Positions 1-8,475 of a stretch of DNA of 54,729 nucleotides are shown piece by piece. The stretch is taken from contig BTUM01000054.1 of assembly GCA_045863235.1 (NCBI GenBank), positions 1-54,729 on the forward strand. The letters run 5' to 3'. Within the stretch, counting starts at the first letter, position 1; each line of letters opens with the position of its first letter. The DNA is from Candidatus Xenobia bacterium. GTDB lineage: Bacteria; Vulcanimicrobiota; Xenobia; Xenobiales; QWHO01. The notes beneath the pieces were generated by a model. That model saw only the letters and a program-made list of their open reading frames with translations. It was not told the DNA's origin and did not search any database. The position numbers and the translations under genes were made by a program.

Positions 1-110
1 TGCAAGCGAAGCGCGCAGCGAGCTTGCGAGCGTAGTCCAGGTGCAAGCGAAGCGCGCAGCGAGCTTGCGAGCGTAGTTCAGGTGCAAGCGAAGCGCGCAG
101 CGAGCTTGCA
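1..110. repeat. 41-bp tandem REP-like repeat, ~2.7 copies, truncated at window start
   Basis: Unit tgcaagcgaagcgcgcagcgagcttgcgagcgtagt(c/t)cagg at 1-41 and 42-82, partial at 83-110; internal inverted arms gcaagc...gcttgc. Confidence 0.9.
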
Positions 111-143
111 GGGGGAAGCATGCGGCAATGAGAGGGAGCAGCG

Positions 144-1355
144 ATGACACTGGTAGCGCCCCGGCACCGGGTTCGGCCCGAGGTTCAAGCCGTCATGGAC
201 GATGTGATCCGTCTGCGGCGCGATCTGCACCGCTTCCCTGAGCTTGGCTTTCAAGAGCACCGCACGGCCCGCGTGGTGGCCGACTATCTTGAGCAATTAG
301 GGCTGCCCATGCGCAAGGGCGTGGCCAAAACCGGGGTGGTTGCCCTGGTGGAGGGTGCTCAGCCCGGTCCGACCCTGCTTCTGCGAGCCGACATGGACGC
401 TCTGCCGGTGCACGAGGCCACCGGCCTGGAGTATGCCTCCACCACCCCCGGCAAGATGCACGCCTGCGGTCACGACGGCCACACCGCCATCCTGCTGGGG
501 GCGGCCCGGGTACTGGCGGGCATGAAAGACCGCCTGAGCGGCACCGTGAAGCTCGTCTTCCAGCCTGCTGAGGAAGGCCCGGGAGGGGCCCAGCCGATGA
601 TCGAGGAGGGCGTGCTGAACGACCCGCCTGTGGACGCCGCCGTGGGCCTGCACCTTTGGAGCGACCTCCCGGTCGGGCAGGTTGGCGTGCAGTCGGGCCC
701 GTTCATGGCTGCCTCCGACACCTTCGACATCATCATCAAGGGCCGCGGTGGGCACGCTGCCAAACCCGATCAGACGGTTGACCCGGTGGTGGTGGCCGCC
801 CACATGGTGGTGGCCCTGCAGACAGTCGTCAGCCGCACCGTCGACCCGCTCGAGTCGGCCGTGGTCACGGTGACGCGTATGCACGGGGGAGAAGCTTACA
901 ACGTCATCCCCGATCAGGTCGAGCTGGGCGGCACCATCCGCACCTTCCGCCCCGAGATCCGCCAGCTGGTGCGCGACCGGATCAAGGCTCTGGTCGAGGG
1001 CGTGGCCACCGGCTTCGGAGCCCAGGCCGAGTTCCGGTTCGAAGAGGGCTACCCGCCCGTCATCAATGACCCGGCCATGACCGAGCTGGTGGCCGGTTGC
1101 TGTCGCTCGTTGCTGGGTCTGGAGGGCGAGCTGCCCGACAGCCGCACGCTGGGAGGCGAGGACATGGCTTACTTCCTGAACGCCGTGCCCGGCTGCTACT
1201 TCTTCCTGGGCGCTCGCAACGACGAGACGGCCTGCAACTATCCCCATCACCACCCGCGCTTCAACATCTGCGAGGAGGCCTTCCCTTTAGGCGTGGAGCT
1301 GTTCGTGCGCGTGGTGGAGAGCTTCTTTGAATCCCCACCAGCTCGAGCGGTATGA
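144..1355 (+). CDS. M20 family amidohydrolase (hippurate hydrolase/N-acyl-amino acid amidohydrolase type)
   Basis: RRDLHRFPELGFQE, LRADMDALP, MHACGHDGH, FQPAEEG, GGEDMA, HHHPRF motifs; RBS gagggag upstream. Confidence 0.93.
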   Translation: MTLVAPRHRVRPEVQAVMDDVIRLRRDLHRFPELGFQEHRTARVVADYLEQLGLPMRKGVAKTGVVALVEGAQPGPTLLLRADMDALPVHEATGLEYASTTPGKMHACGHDGHTAILLGAARVLAGMKDRLSGTVKLVFQPAEEGPGGAQPMIEEGVLNDPPVDAAVGLHLWSDLPVGQVGVQSGPFMAASDTFDIIIKGRGGHAAKPDQTVDPVVVAAHMVVALQTVVSRTVDPLESAVVTVTRMHGGEAYNVIPDQVELGGTIRTFRPEIRQLVRDRIKALVEGVATGFGAQAEFRFEEGYPPVINDPAMTELVAGCCRSLLGLEGELPDSRTLGGEDMAYFLNAVPGCYFFLGARNDETACNYPHHHPRFNICEEAFPLGVELFVRVVESFFESPPARAV

Positions 1356-2439
1356 GCGCCACCTGGCCCTGCCCGAGATCGGGGTAGCCGGCCAGGAGAA
1401 ACTGCTCGCTTCCAGCGTGTTGATCGTCGGGGCCGGCGGGTTGGGCTCGCCTGCCTCGATGTATCTGGCAGCCGCCGGCGTCGGCCGGATCGGTCTGGTG
1501 GATGGCGACCGGGTGGACCGCTCCAACTTGCAGCGCCAGATCCTCCACGAGGACGCTTCCGTCGGTCGGCTCAAGACCACTTCGGGCGCCGAGACGCTGC
1601 GGCGTGTGAACCCAGAGGTCGTGGTGGAGGAGCATCCCGTGCGCCTCGTGGGTGCCAACGCCCGCTCCATCATGGAAAGCTACGACCTGGTGGTGAACGG
1701 GGTGGACAACTTCCCCACCCGCTACCTCCTCAACGACCTCTGCGTCTGGCTGGGCAAGCCGCTGGTGGATGCCAGCATCCTGCGCTTCGAGGCTCAGGCC
1801 ACGGTTTACTTGCCCGGTCAGGGCTGCTACCGCTGCCTCTTCCCCCAGCCGCCCCCGCCCGGCCTGGTGCCCTCCTGTGCCGAGGGGGGGATCCTCGGTG
1901 CCCTGGCCGGAACGCTGGGGGCTCTGCAGGCCGTGGAGGCAGTCAAGACCCTTCTCGGAGTCGGACGCCCTCTCAGCGACCGACTCCTCCTCTACGACGC
2001 GTTGGGGGGAGAGTGGCGCAGCCTGCGCCGGGGCCGCGACCCCGACTGCCCGGTGTGCGGCACCGCCCCCACCATTTTGGAGCCCATCGACTACGAGCAT
2101 TTCTGCGGTTTGAAGGAGGAGAGCATGGTCAAGGAAGTCCTGCCCGAGGAGGCCCACCAGCTGTTGCAGGGGAACCCCGCCATCCAGTTCCTGGATGTGC
2201 GTGAGCCCTGGGAATACGAGAAGGTTCACGCCACCGGCGTCAAGCTGATCCCTCTGGGCGAAGTGCCCGATCGGGTGGGCGAGCTGGACAAGAGCAGGCC
2301 CGTGCTGTGCATCTGCGCCAAGGGCGGCCGCTCCATGAAGGCATGCAATTACTTGCTCAGCCAGGGCTTCAGCGACCTCACCAATGTGGCCGAGGGAACC
2401 AAAGGCTGGGTGGAGCGGGGATTGCCGACCGGGGACTGA
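1327..2439 (+). CDS. moeB: MoeB/ThiF adenylyltransferase fused to C-terminal rhodanese (MoeZ/MoeBR-like)
   Basis: RYERHLALPEIG, VGAGGLGSP, DRVDRSNLQRQILH, CYRC, PSCAEGG, CPVC; rhodanese DVREPWEY...CAKGGRS; TTG start overlapping the upstream gene. Confidence 0.92.
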   Translation: MNPHQLERYERHLALPEIGVAGQEKLLASSVLIVGAGGLGSPASMYLAAAGVGRIGLVDGDRVDRSNLQRQILHEDASVGRLKTTSGAETLRRVNPEVVVEEHPVRLVGANARSIMESYDLVVNGVDNFPTRYLLNDLCVWLGKPLVDASILRFEAQATVYLPGQGCYRCLFPQPPPPGLVPSCAEGGILGALAGTLGALQAVEAVKTLLGVGRPLSDRLLLYDALGGEWRSLRRGRDPDCPVCGTAPTILEPIDYEHFCGLKEESMVKEVLPEEAHQLLQGNPAIQFLDVREPWEYEKVHATGVKLIPLGEVPDRVGELDKSRPVLCICAKGGRSMKACNYLLSQGFSDLTNVAEGTKGWVERGLPTGD

Positions 2440-2527
2440 TCCTCGTTCATCTTTTGTTTCGATCGCGGCAATCGCTGGTTCACGTCCTGGCAGCACGGCG
2501 TTCACATCCGGGTGGCACGATCGGGGT

Positions 2528-3367
2528 ATGAGCAAGCCAACAACCTTCGGCGCCCTGCTGCGCCAACTCCGAAGACAATCCGGACTGACTCAGGCCCAAC
2601 TGGCTGAGCGCAGCCGCTCGACCCAGCAGCGTATCTCCAGGCTCGAGAGTAACTTCGCTCTGGCGGGCAGGGAGGAGTGCGTGCGCCTGGCTGACGTGCT
2701 GCAGACTGAGGCGAGGGAACTGATGGCGAAGGTACGTCGGGTTGGTCCGCGATCCCCACTCAACAGCCTTTTGACCGACGACCGTGCCTGCTACACTCCG
2801 CCTTGCGAGAAATCCGGAGTGGAGCGTTACCGTGCCGGGATGGCCCGTTGCCCGGGGTTGCTCGGGCCCTTGTGGCAAAGCTTCGACCTTCCGCAGCAGA
2901 CCTGGCTCGAGAGCGCCCCGACCGACTCGCTGGAGGAATGGATGGTGCTCGTTCACCGAGTCGCCGCCGGTCTGCGCCCGACTTTCTGCGCGCCGCTGAA
3001 GCTGGGAATTCGCATGCACCCGGTGGTGGACTGGCTTACCGGCGAGGCCGTCGGCGACCTGGCCTATCCCGCGCTGGTCGGCCAGGCAGCGGGGATGCGC
3101 CAGGCACTGATTCCCCAACTTTGCCTGCGCCCCGTCAAGACCGCCTACCGGCTCGACTTTGCTCTCGTCGTCCTGGTTGACAGGCGTCGCTTCGTGATCG
3201 ACGGCGAGGTGGACGGAACCGGACACCGCTCAGGCCTGGACCGCTTCCGAGCCAGGGAGCTGCGCCTGCCTGAGCTGCGTTTTGCTGAGAACCTGGTCTT
3301 CCAGTCAGACTTCAACGAGCTCTTCGACGTCAGGCTGCGCCGGCTTCTGCCGCTGCGCCAGCCCTGA
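2528..3367 (+). CDS. XRE helix-turn-helix protein with C-terminal DUF559/Vsr-like endonuclease domain
   Basis: FGALLRQLRRQSGLTQAQLAERS...ISRLES HTH; C-terminal YRLDFAL...IDGEVDGTGHR...D..R resembles the DUF559 fold; ATG at 2528. Confidence 0.7.
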   Translation: MSKPTTFGALLRQLRRQSGLTQAQLAERSRSTQQRISRLESNFALAGREECVRLADVLQTEARELMAKVRRVGPRSPLNSLLTDDRACYTPPCEKSGVERYRAGMARCPGLLGPLWQSFDLPQQTWLESAPTDSLEEWMVLVHRVAAGLRPTFCAPLKLGIRMHPVVDWLTGEAVGDLAYPALVGQAAGMRQALIPQLCLRPVKTAYRLDFALVVLVDRRRFVIDGEVDGTGHRSGLDRFRARELRLPELRFAENLVFQSDFNELFDVRLRRLLPLRQP

Positions 3368-3411
3368 CCCTCTCCTGTTTTCCGAGAGAGCCTCGCGCAA
3401 CTTGAGTCCGC

Positions 3412-3649
3412 GGTGGTACCGGGAAACTCCCCGGTACCGGGCTGATTCCGGGGTATACGCTGGAATGGAGGCGGTACCGGGCAGGATCCCGTGTAAGCGA
3501 GAGCTCGGACCTGAGTCCACCTGGGCGGAGGGTGGTACCGGGAAACTCCCCGGTACCGGGCTGATTCCGGGGTATACGCCGGAATGGAGGCGGTACCGGG
3601 CAGGATCCCGTGTAAGCGGGAGCTCGGACCTGAGTCCACCCCGGGCGGG
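3412..3649. repeat. Two tandem 119-bp copies of a palindrome-rich dispersed repeat (REP/MITE-like)
   Basis: Units start ggtggtaccgggaaactccccggtacc at 3412 and 3531, near-identical; further copies at 8371-8447 and 54675-54729. Confidence 0.92.
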
Positions 3650-3693
3650 GGACTGGCCAGGACCCGGTCCGAGAGGACCGAACTCGCGCTAGC

Positions 3694-4566
3694 ATGCGCT
3701 CTCCTGGACCGGTCGAGTACGGTTTGCTCCTTCTCTTGTGCCTGGCCTGGGCCAGCATCTATCCGCTGGTCAAGATCATCGAGCACGACTTCGAGCCCAT
3801 CGAGCTGATGGCGGTGCGAGCTCTGTTTGCATGTCTGAGCGTGTTAGTGGTAGCGCTGGTGACGCGCCGCTCATTGCGCGCCACCCGCTCTCAGCACGGG
3901 CTGCTCTTGATTCTCAGCTTCCTCAACGTCACGCTGATCTGGATCGCCATCTCGCTGGCCGAAGAGCGCCTCTCCACGGGGCTCACTGCGCTTTTGACGG
4001 CGCTGGTTCCCATCGGCACTTTCCTCCTGAACGCGTTCGTGCTGCGCAGTGAGAGGCCGGAGGCCCGGCGCATGCTCGGTCTGGTCCTGGCGCTGGTGGG
4101 GCTGGTGGTGGTGATCGGTCCGTCCAGCATCGTCGGGCGTGGGGCCGATCTGGGGGATCTGGCGTTGATGGCGGCGGGCTGTCTCGGCTACGCCTCGGGC
4201 GGCCTGCTGGCGGCGGCCCGCGGCCAGGGCCTGCACCCGCTGGTCACGACGGTCTGGAGCCTGGCCTACGCCACCGCCACCCTGACGGCGCTCAGCTTCG
4301 CCCTGGAGAGCCCTCTGGCCCGACATCCCCAGCGCGCGGCCTGGCTGGCGGTGCTGGCCGCTGGCGTTCTGGCCACGGCCCTGCCCAACCTGATCTACTA
4401 CCACCTGATCCAGAAGTCCGGGGCTCAGTTCGCCTCCCTCTTCGGTTACCTGGTGCCGGTTTTCGGGGTCTTGATGGGCCTGTTCTGGATGCACGAGCCG
4501 ATGACGGTGGGGCTGCTGCCGGGGATCGCGCTCACGCTGGCGGGGGTAGCCCTGGTGCGCAGGTAA
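3694..4566 (+). CDS. DMT/EamA family transporter
   Basis: ~10 hydrophobic segments, two EamA repeats, YLVPVFGVLMG..HEP C-terminal motif. Confidence 0.9.
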   Translation: MRSPGPVEYGLLLLLCLAWASIYPLVKIIEHDFEPIELMAVRALFACLSVLVVALVTRRSLRATRSQHGLLLILSFLNVTLIWIAISLAEERLSTGLTALLTALVPIGTFLLNAFVLRSERPEARRMLGLVLALVGLVVVIGPSSIVGRGADLGDLALMAAGCLGYASGGLLAAARGQGLHPLVTTVWSLAYATATLTALSFALESPLARHPQRAAWLAVLAAGVLATALPNLIYYHLIQKSGAQFASLFGYLVPVFGVLMGLFWMHEPMTVGLLPGIALTLAGVALVRR

Positions 4567-4734
4567 AGGTCCGAGGACGCTTCGAGTTCCTGGCCGTCCG
4601 CTTCGACGGCGCGGTCGACTACCAGGTCGAGCAGGGCTGCGGCCTGGTGCTCGTCGATCCCAAGGAAACGCTCGATCTGGGAACGCTGCGCCTGCGTTGA
4701 AGGCCTTCCGCGCCCAACCGAGAAACCCGATGGT

Positions 4735-5319
4735 ATGGATGAGCTAGAAAAACTCTTTGCGGAAGCTTCAGCTTCCGTCAAGAAAGCCACCGCGCGCCCA
4801 ACCGAGGCGCCCGCAGCCGAGCCTCCGGCCGTTGAGCCGGCACCGCCGCCCGAGATCCCCGTGATGGCCGAGCCTCAGGCCCCGCCGCCGCCCCCCGTGG
4901 TGCAGCAGCAGCAAGCCCCCAGGCCGCCCGCTTCGGCCCCGAGCGGACCGCCCGGAGGTCCGATCCACCTGCCGGGCGGCCAGCAGAGCCCCAACGGCTT
5001 CGTGGTGCAGAGCCCCAACGGTCCGGTCGAGATCGCCTGGAACCGCATCGAGTCGCTCCACCTCGGACGGGCCGAGAACCGCCAGTTCCTGGCCTTCCGC
5101 TTCAATCGCAACCTGTTCTTCTTCCGCGATGACAACGTGGCCTACAAGGGCCTGTTGAGCCAGATGCAGCCTTCGGCCACGGCCAACTGGCGCGCCCTGG
5201 TGGTGGAGTTCGCTCAGAAGTCCGGTCAGGGAGACGAGGGCGTGCAGGCCGTCATCAGCGGCGGTGGCATCGTGCCCAAGTTCAACACTGTTGCGGAGTT
5301 CTTTGCCCGACTCGGCTGA
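4735..5319 (+). CDS. hypothetical protein, Pro-rich N-terminus and globular C-terminus
   Basis: 194-aa ORF with strong GC3 codon bias; no family recognised. Confidence 0.7.
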   Translation: MDELEKLFAEASASVKKATARPTEAPAAEPPAVEPAPPPEIPVMAEPQAPPPPPVVQQQQAPRPPASAPSGPPGGPIHLPGGQQSPNGFVVQSPNGPVEIAWNRIESLHLGRAENRQFLAFRFNRNLFFFRDDNVAYKGLLSQMQPSATANWRALVVEFAQKSGQGDEGVQAVISGGGIVPKFNTVAEFFARLG

Positions 5320-5827
5320 GCTTCCCGTCTCTAAAGGGAGGCTCTGGCTCGGAGGGGGGATCATTCTGGCAGGCCAGTTCGGCCTGGCCTTGATCCCGGT
5401 CGTCACCAGCTCCAACCTGCCCACGGTCTGGAAGACCGCTCTGACGGGACTCTTCCTGATTTTCCCCGAGCTCGGGCTGCTGGCCGGGGTTTCGGTGCTC
5501 GGGCGTCCCGGGTTCGACTGGCTCAAGGGACGGCTCTTCGGCCTCTGGAAAGGGCCCGTGGGACCGCAGCGGCACAGCCTGGGCATTACGCTGTTCCTGC
5601 TCTCCGGGCTGCTCGCCTGGCTGGCTCCCTATGCCGCCTTCCTGTTCGAGCTCCCGCTCAAGACGCTGCTGATCTGCGCCCTGACCGCGGACGTCTTGTT
5701 CATCCTTTCCCTGCTGTTGCTGGGAGGGGAGTTCTGGGACAAGCTGCGCGGCCTGCTCACTCGTTCATCCCCGCCCGAAAAGAAGGAACCCGGCCCGTCA
5801 GAGCCAGGTGGTACTGGGGAGGTATGA
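5264..5827 (+). CDS. small membrane protein, transporter-suffix-domain-like (start uncertain)
   Basis: Four TM segments; PELGLLAGVSVLGRPGFDWLK and SLLLLGGEFWDKLRGL motifs. Confidence 0.65.
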   Translation: MASCPSSTLLRSSLPDSAELPVSKGRLWLGGGIILAGQFGLALIPVVTSSNLPTVWKTALTGLFLIFPELGLLAGVSVLGRPGFDWLKGRLFGLWKGPVGPQRHSLGITLFLLSGLLAWLAPYAAFLFELPLKTLLICALTADVLFILSLLLLGGEFWDKLRGLLTRSSPPEKKEPGPSEPGGTGEV

Positions 5828-6001
5828 TGATTCTGGAGGGTTTCCGAGTCGAGAGGGGCTTCGAGCAGGGGACACCACCATCAGCCGGTCTCTCGAGGGG
5901 AAGCACGCGGTGGATTCGAGGGGTTCTCTCTTCCGGGGCGACTTCCTGACCCAAGAATACCCCCCCCTGCCCGATCCATCCAAGATCCGGCCGGGATCTG
6001 C

Positions 6002-8326
6002 ATGCGTGAAGTCGAAAGGCCCTCGATGCTGCCTCGTCGCGCTCTGAACTTCATCGGTCGTGAGGCCGAGAAGCGCCGCATCCTGCAAGACCTTGACTCC
6101 CAGAATCTGGTTCTGATCGAGGGACCGCGCGGAATTGGCAAGACCGCCCTGGCCCTGGAGCTGGCCCACCAGCTCCAGAGCGAGCGCCAGGTGGTCTGGC
6201 TGAGCGAGCTGACGGGGCTCGAGAGCCTGCTGCACGCTCTCACCCCGGTGCTGGGAGAGTCGCTGCGCCACGACTGGCTGCAGGCCGTCGGCCCCAGCGA
6301 CGACAAGCTGCTGCTCTTGATCCAAGCCCTGGACGCGCGCCAGGTGCTGCTCTTCCTGGACGACTGCCACGAGCTGCTCGACTTTCTCCGCCTGGCGCAA
6401 CGCTACCTCAGTGGGAGTGCGGTGCTGCTCACCAGCCAGGAGCGGGTCAAGCTGACCGCGGCCGAGCGCGCTGACGGCCTGGTCGTGCGCCTCAAAGGCC
6501 TGACCGACCGCGAGAGCGAGGAGCTGCTCGCTCGCCTGCTCGACCAGGCAGGCCCTTTCGACAACCTGGTGCAGATCTGCCGGGGCCACCCGCTGGCCCT
6601 GAAGCTGTGCGCCTCGCTGGTGCGCGAGCACCGCCTCACACCGCAGTCAGGGTCACCCGGGGCACTGATCGACGAGTGGGCCCGCGAGCTCGAGCTGGGC
6701 CTGAGCGAGCCCGAGCGCGAGGTGATGCAGCTTCTGGCCGTGAGCCTGGCGCCGCTGCCGATGCACGCCTTCCCCTCGGAGGTGCTGCGCGGGTTGGAGG
6801 AGCGCTTCCTGGTGGAGGTCTCCGACGCCCACGTGCGCCTTTTCGATCTGCTGGCCCACAGCCTGCGGCGCGAACTCGACGAAGACACGGCCCGGGCCCT
6901 GCACCGGCGCTGCGGCGAGCTCCTGGCGGGGGATGCCGGACTGGACGCGATGGTGCACGCAGTGGAGCACTTCCTGGCCGGCCAGGACCCCGAGCGCGCG
7001 GTGGAGCTGCTCTTGCTGGCCAAACTGCCCCTCTACCAGGCGGGCCGTTTCGAAACCCTGCTGGGGCTGATCCAGCGGGTGGGTCCCGGTTGGCCCATCC
7101 TGGAGATCTCGAAGGCTGACACCCTGGCCAGTCTGGGGCGCTTGGAAGAGGGGCTGGACGTGCTCGAGCGAGTCGAGCGCCAGGCTGACCCGCAAACTCG
7201 CCTCAAGTCGCTCAACTCGCGCTGCCACATGTTGCTCGACCTGGGGCGCTTCGAGGAAGCCGAGAGCATCGCCAGGCAAGCCATCGAGCTGGCCGACAGC
7301 CTGCCCGGACGCCAGCCGGGCCGGGTCAAGGCCCTCAACGGGTTGGGGCGGTTGCAGGTTCTGCGGGCCCAGGGAGCGGCCGGACAGGCCACCGCCGAGC
7401 AGGCCATGGCCATCGCGCGCGAGCTCGACGACCCCAAGGGCCTGGCATATGCGGGCTTTGTGCGGGCGCGGGCGCTGGGCCAGCAGGAGGCCTGGGCCGA
7501 CTGCCTGCAGCAGTGCCATCGCAGCCTGGAGCAGGCGCACGCCGTGCACGAGGAGCGGCTGGCCTTCCTGGTGCGCTTCCTGGCTGGCGAGGCGCTGCTG
7601 AAACTGGGCCGTGGCGAGGAGGCAGCCCGCCACATCGAGGAGACCTGGCGCGCCAGTCGGGGATTTCCCGACGTGCAGCTGCGGGGGATGGCCGAGCTGA
7701 TGCAGGCCAAACAACTGCACGCTCAGGGTCGCAACGAGCAGGCCGAGGTGCACCTGGCGGAGGTCGATCGGCTCTGCCAGCGCCTGGGAAACCCCGCCCT
7801 GGCTCTTCAGGTGTTGCTCATGCGCGATCAGGCCGCCGAGGCGGGAGCCCTGGCAAAAGGGGTGGGAGCGGCCCAGATGCAGGCCGAGGTTGCTCGCAAA
7901 GCCCCTTACCGGGCTCTGACCTTCGAGGGAGAGCGGGCCCTGAGCCCGGCCGACTACCAGGAGTTGCAGAAGCGGGAAGGAGAGTTCGACCTCTTCCTGG
8001 ACCTGCCCGCCGGGCGTGCTATGGAGAAGAGCCGGGGCGCGCTGAACCTGCTGAACCGAAAGATCCTCACCCGCATCCTGCTGGCCCTGATCCGCGCCCG
8101 GGGGGCGCCGCTGACCCAGGAAGAGCTGTTTGCTCAGGTGTGGGAGTATCCCTACGAAGGCGAGTCCAGCGCCGCCCAGGTGCGCAAGAACGTGTCCGTG
8201 CTGCGCGACCTGCTCGAGCCTGACCGCACCAATCCGGTCTATCTCAGGCAGGCAGAGCACGCCTTCGGGCGCAAGGGGGGATACTTCTTCAACCTGGAGA
8301 CCCGCTTTTGCGTGATCGAGGGCTAA
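6002..8326 (+). CDS. STAND/NB-ARC ATPase with TPR repeats and C-terminal OmpR-type winged helix (transcriptional regulator)
   Basis: FIGRE, Walker A GPRGIGKT, Walker B LLFLDD, GHPLAL, helical repeats, LTQEELFAQVWEY...VRKNVSVLRDLLEPD...GGY. Confidence 0.85.
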   Translation: MREVERPSMLPRRALNFIGREAEKRRILQDLDSQNLVLIEGPRGIGKTALALELAHQLQSERQVVWLSELTGLESLLHALTPVLGESLRHDWLQAVGPSDDKLLLLIQALDARQVLLFLDDCHELLDFLRLAQRYLSGSAVLLTSQERVKLTAAERADGLVVRLKGLTDRESEELLARLLDQAGPFDNLVQICRGHPLALKLCASLVREHRLTPQSGSPGALIDEWARELELGLSEPEREVMQLLAVSLAPLPMHAFPSEVLRGLEERFLVEVSDAHVRLFDLLAHSLRRELDEDTARALHRRCGELLAGDAGLDAMVHAVEHFLAGQDPERAVELLLLAKLPLYQAGRFETLLGLIQRVGPGWPILEISKADTLASLGRLEEGLDVLERVERQADPQTRLKSLNSRCHMLLDLGRFEEAESIARQAIELADSLPGRQPGRVKALNGLGRLQVLRAQGAAGQATAEQAMAIARELDDPKGLAYAGFVRARALGQQEAWADCLQQCHRSLEQAHAVHEERLAFLVRFLAGEALLKLGRGEEAARHIEETWRASRGFPDVQLRGMAELMQAKQLHAQGRNEQAEVHLAEVDRLCQRLGNPALALQVLLMRDQAAEAGALAKGVGAAQMQAEVARKAPYRALTFEGERALSPADYQELQKREGEFDLFLDLPAGRAMEKSRGALNLLNRKILTRILLALIRARGAPLTQEELFAQVWEYPYEGESSAAQVRKNVSVLRDLLEPDRTNPVYLRQAEHAFGRKGGYFFNLETRFCVIEG

Positions 8327-8370
8327 CGGTAGCGCTCGAGAGCAGCTGAGCCGGTCTGTCGGAATTACCC

Positions 8371-8447
8371 GGATCGTGCCCGGTACCGCCTCCATTCCGG
8401 CGTATACCCCGGAACCAGCCCGGTACCGGGGAATCTCCCGGTACCAC
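8371..8447 (-). repeat. Inverted copy of the GGTACC-rich dispersed repeat between convergent genes
   Basis: Reverse complement gtggtaccgggagattccccggtaccgggctggttccggggtatacgccggaatggaggcggtaccgggca matches 3413-3483. Confidence 0.9.
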
Positions 8448-8475
8448 GCTGAGCCCGACCCGGCCGGACGGATCC

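Noticed and set aside
1..110. CRISPR array
   Set aside because: Head-to-tail 41-bp units without spacers
3412..3649. CRISPR array
   Set aside because: The whole 119-bp unit is duplicated with no unique spacers, and there are no cas genes in the window
3282..3692. ORFs spanning the 119-bp repeats
   Set aside because: Translations merely reflect the DNA repeat; no independent coding evidence
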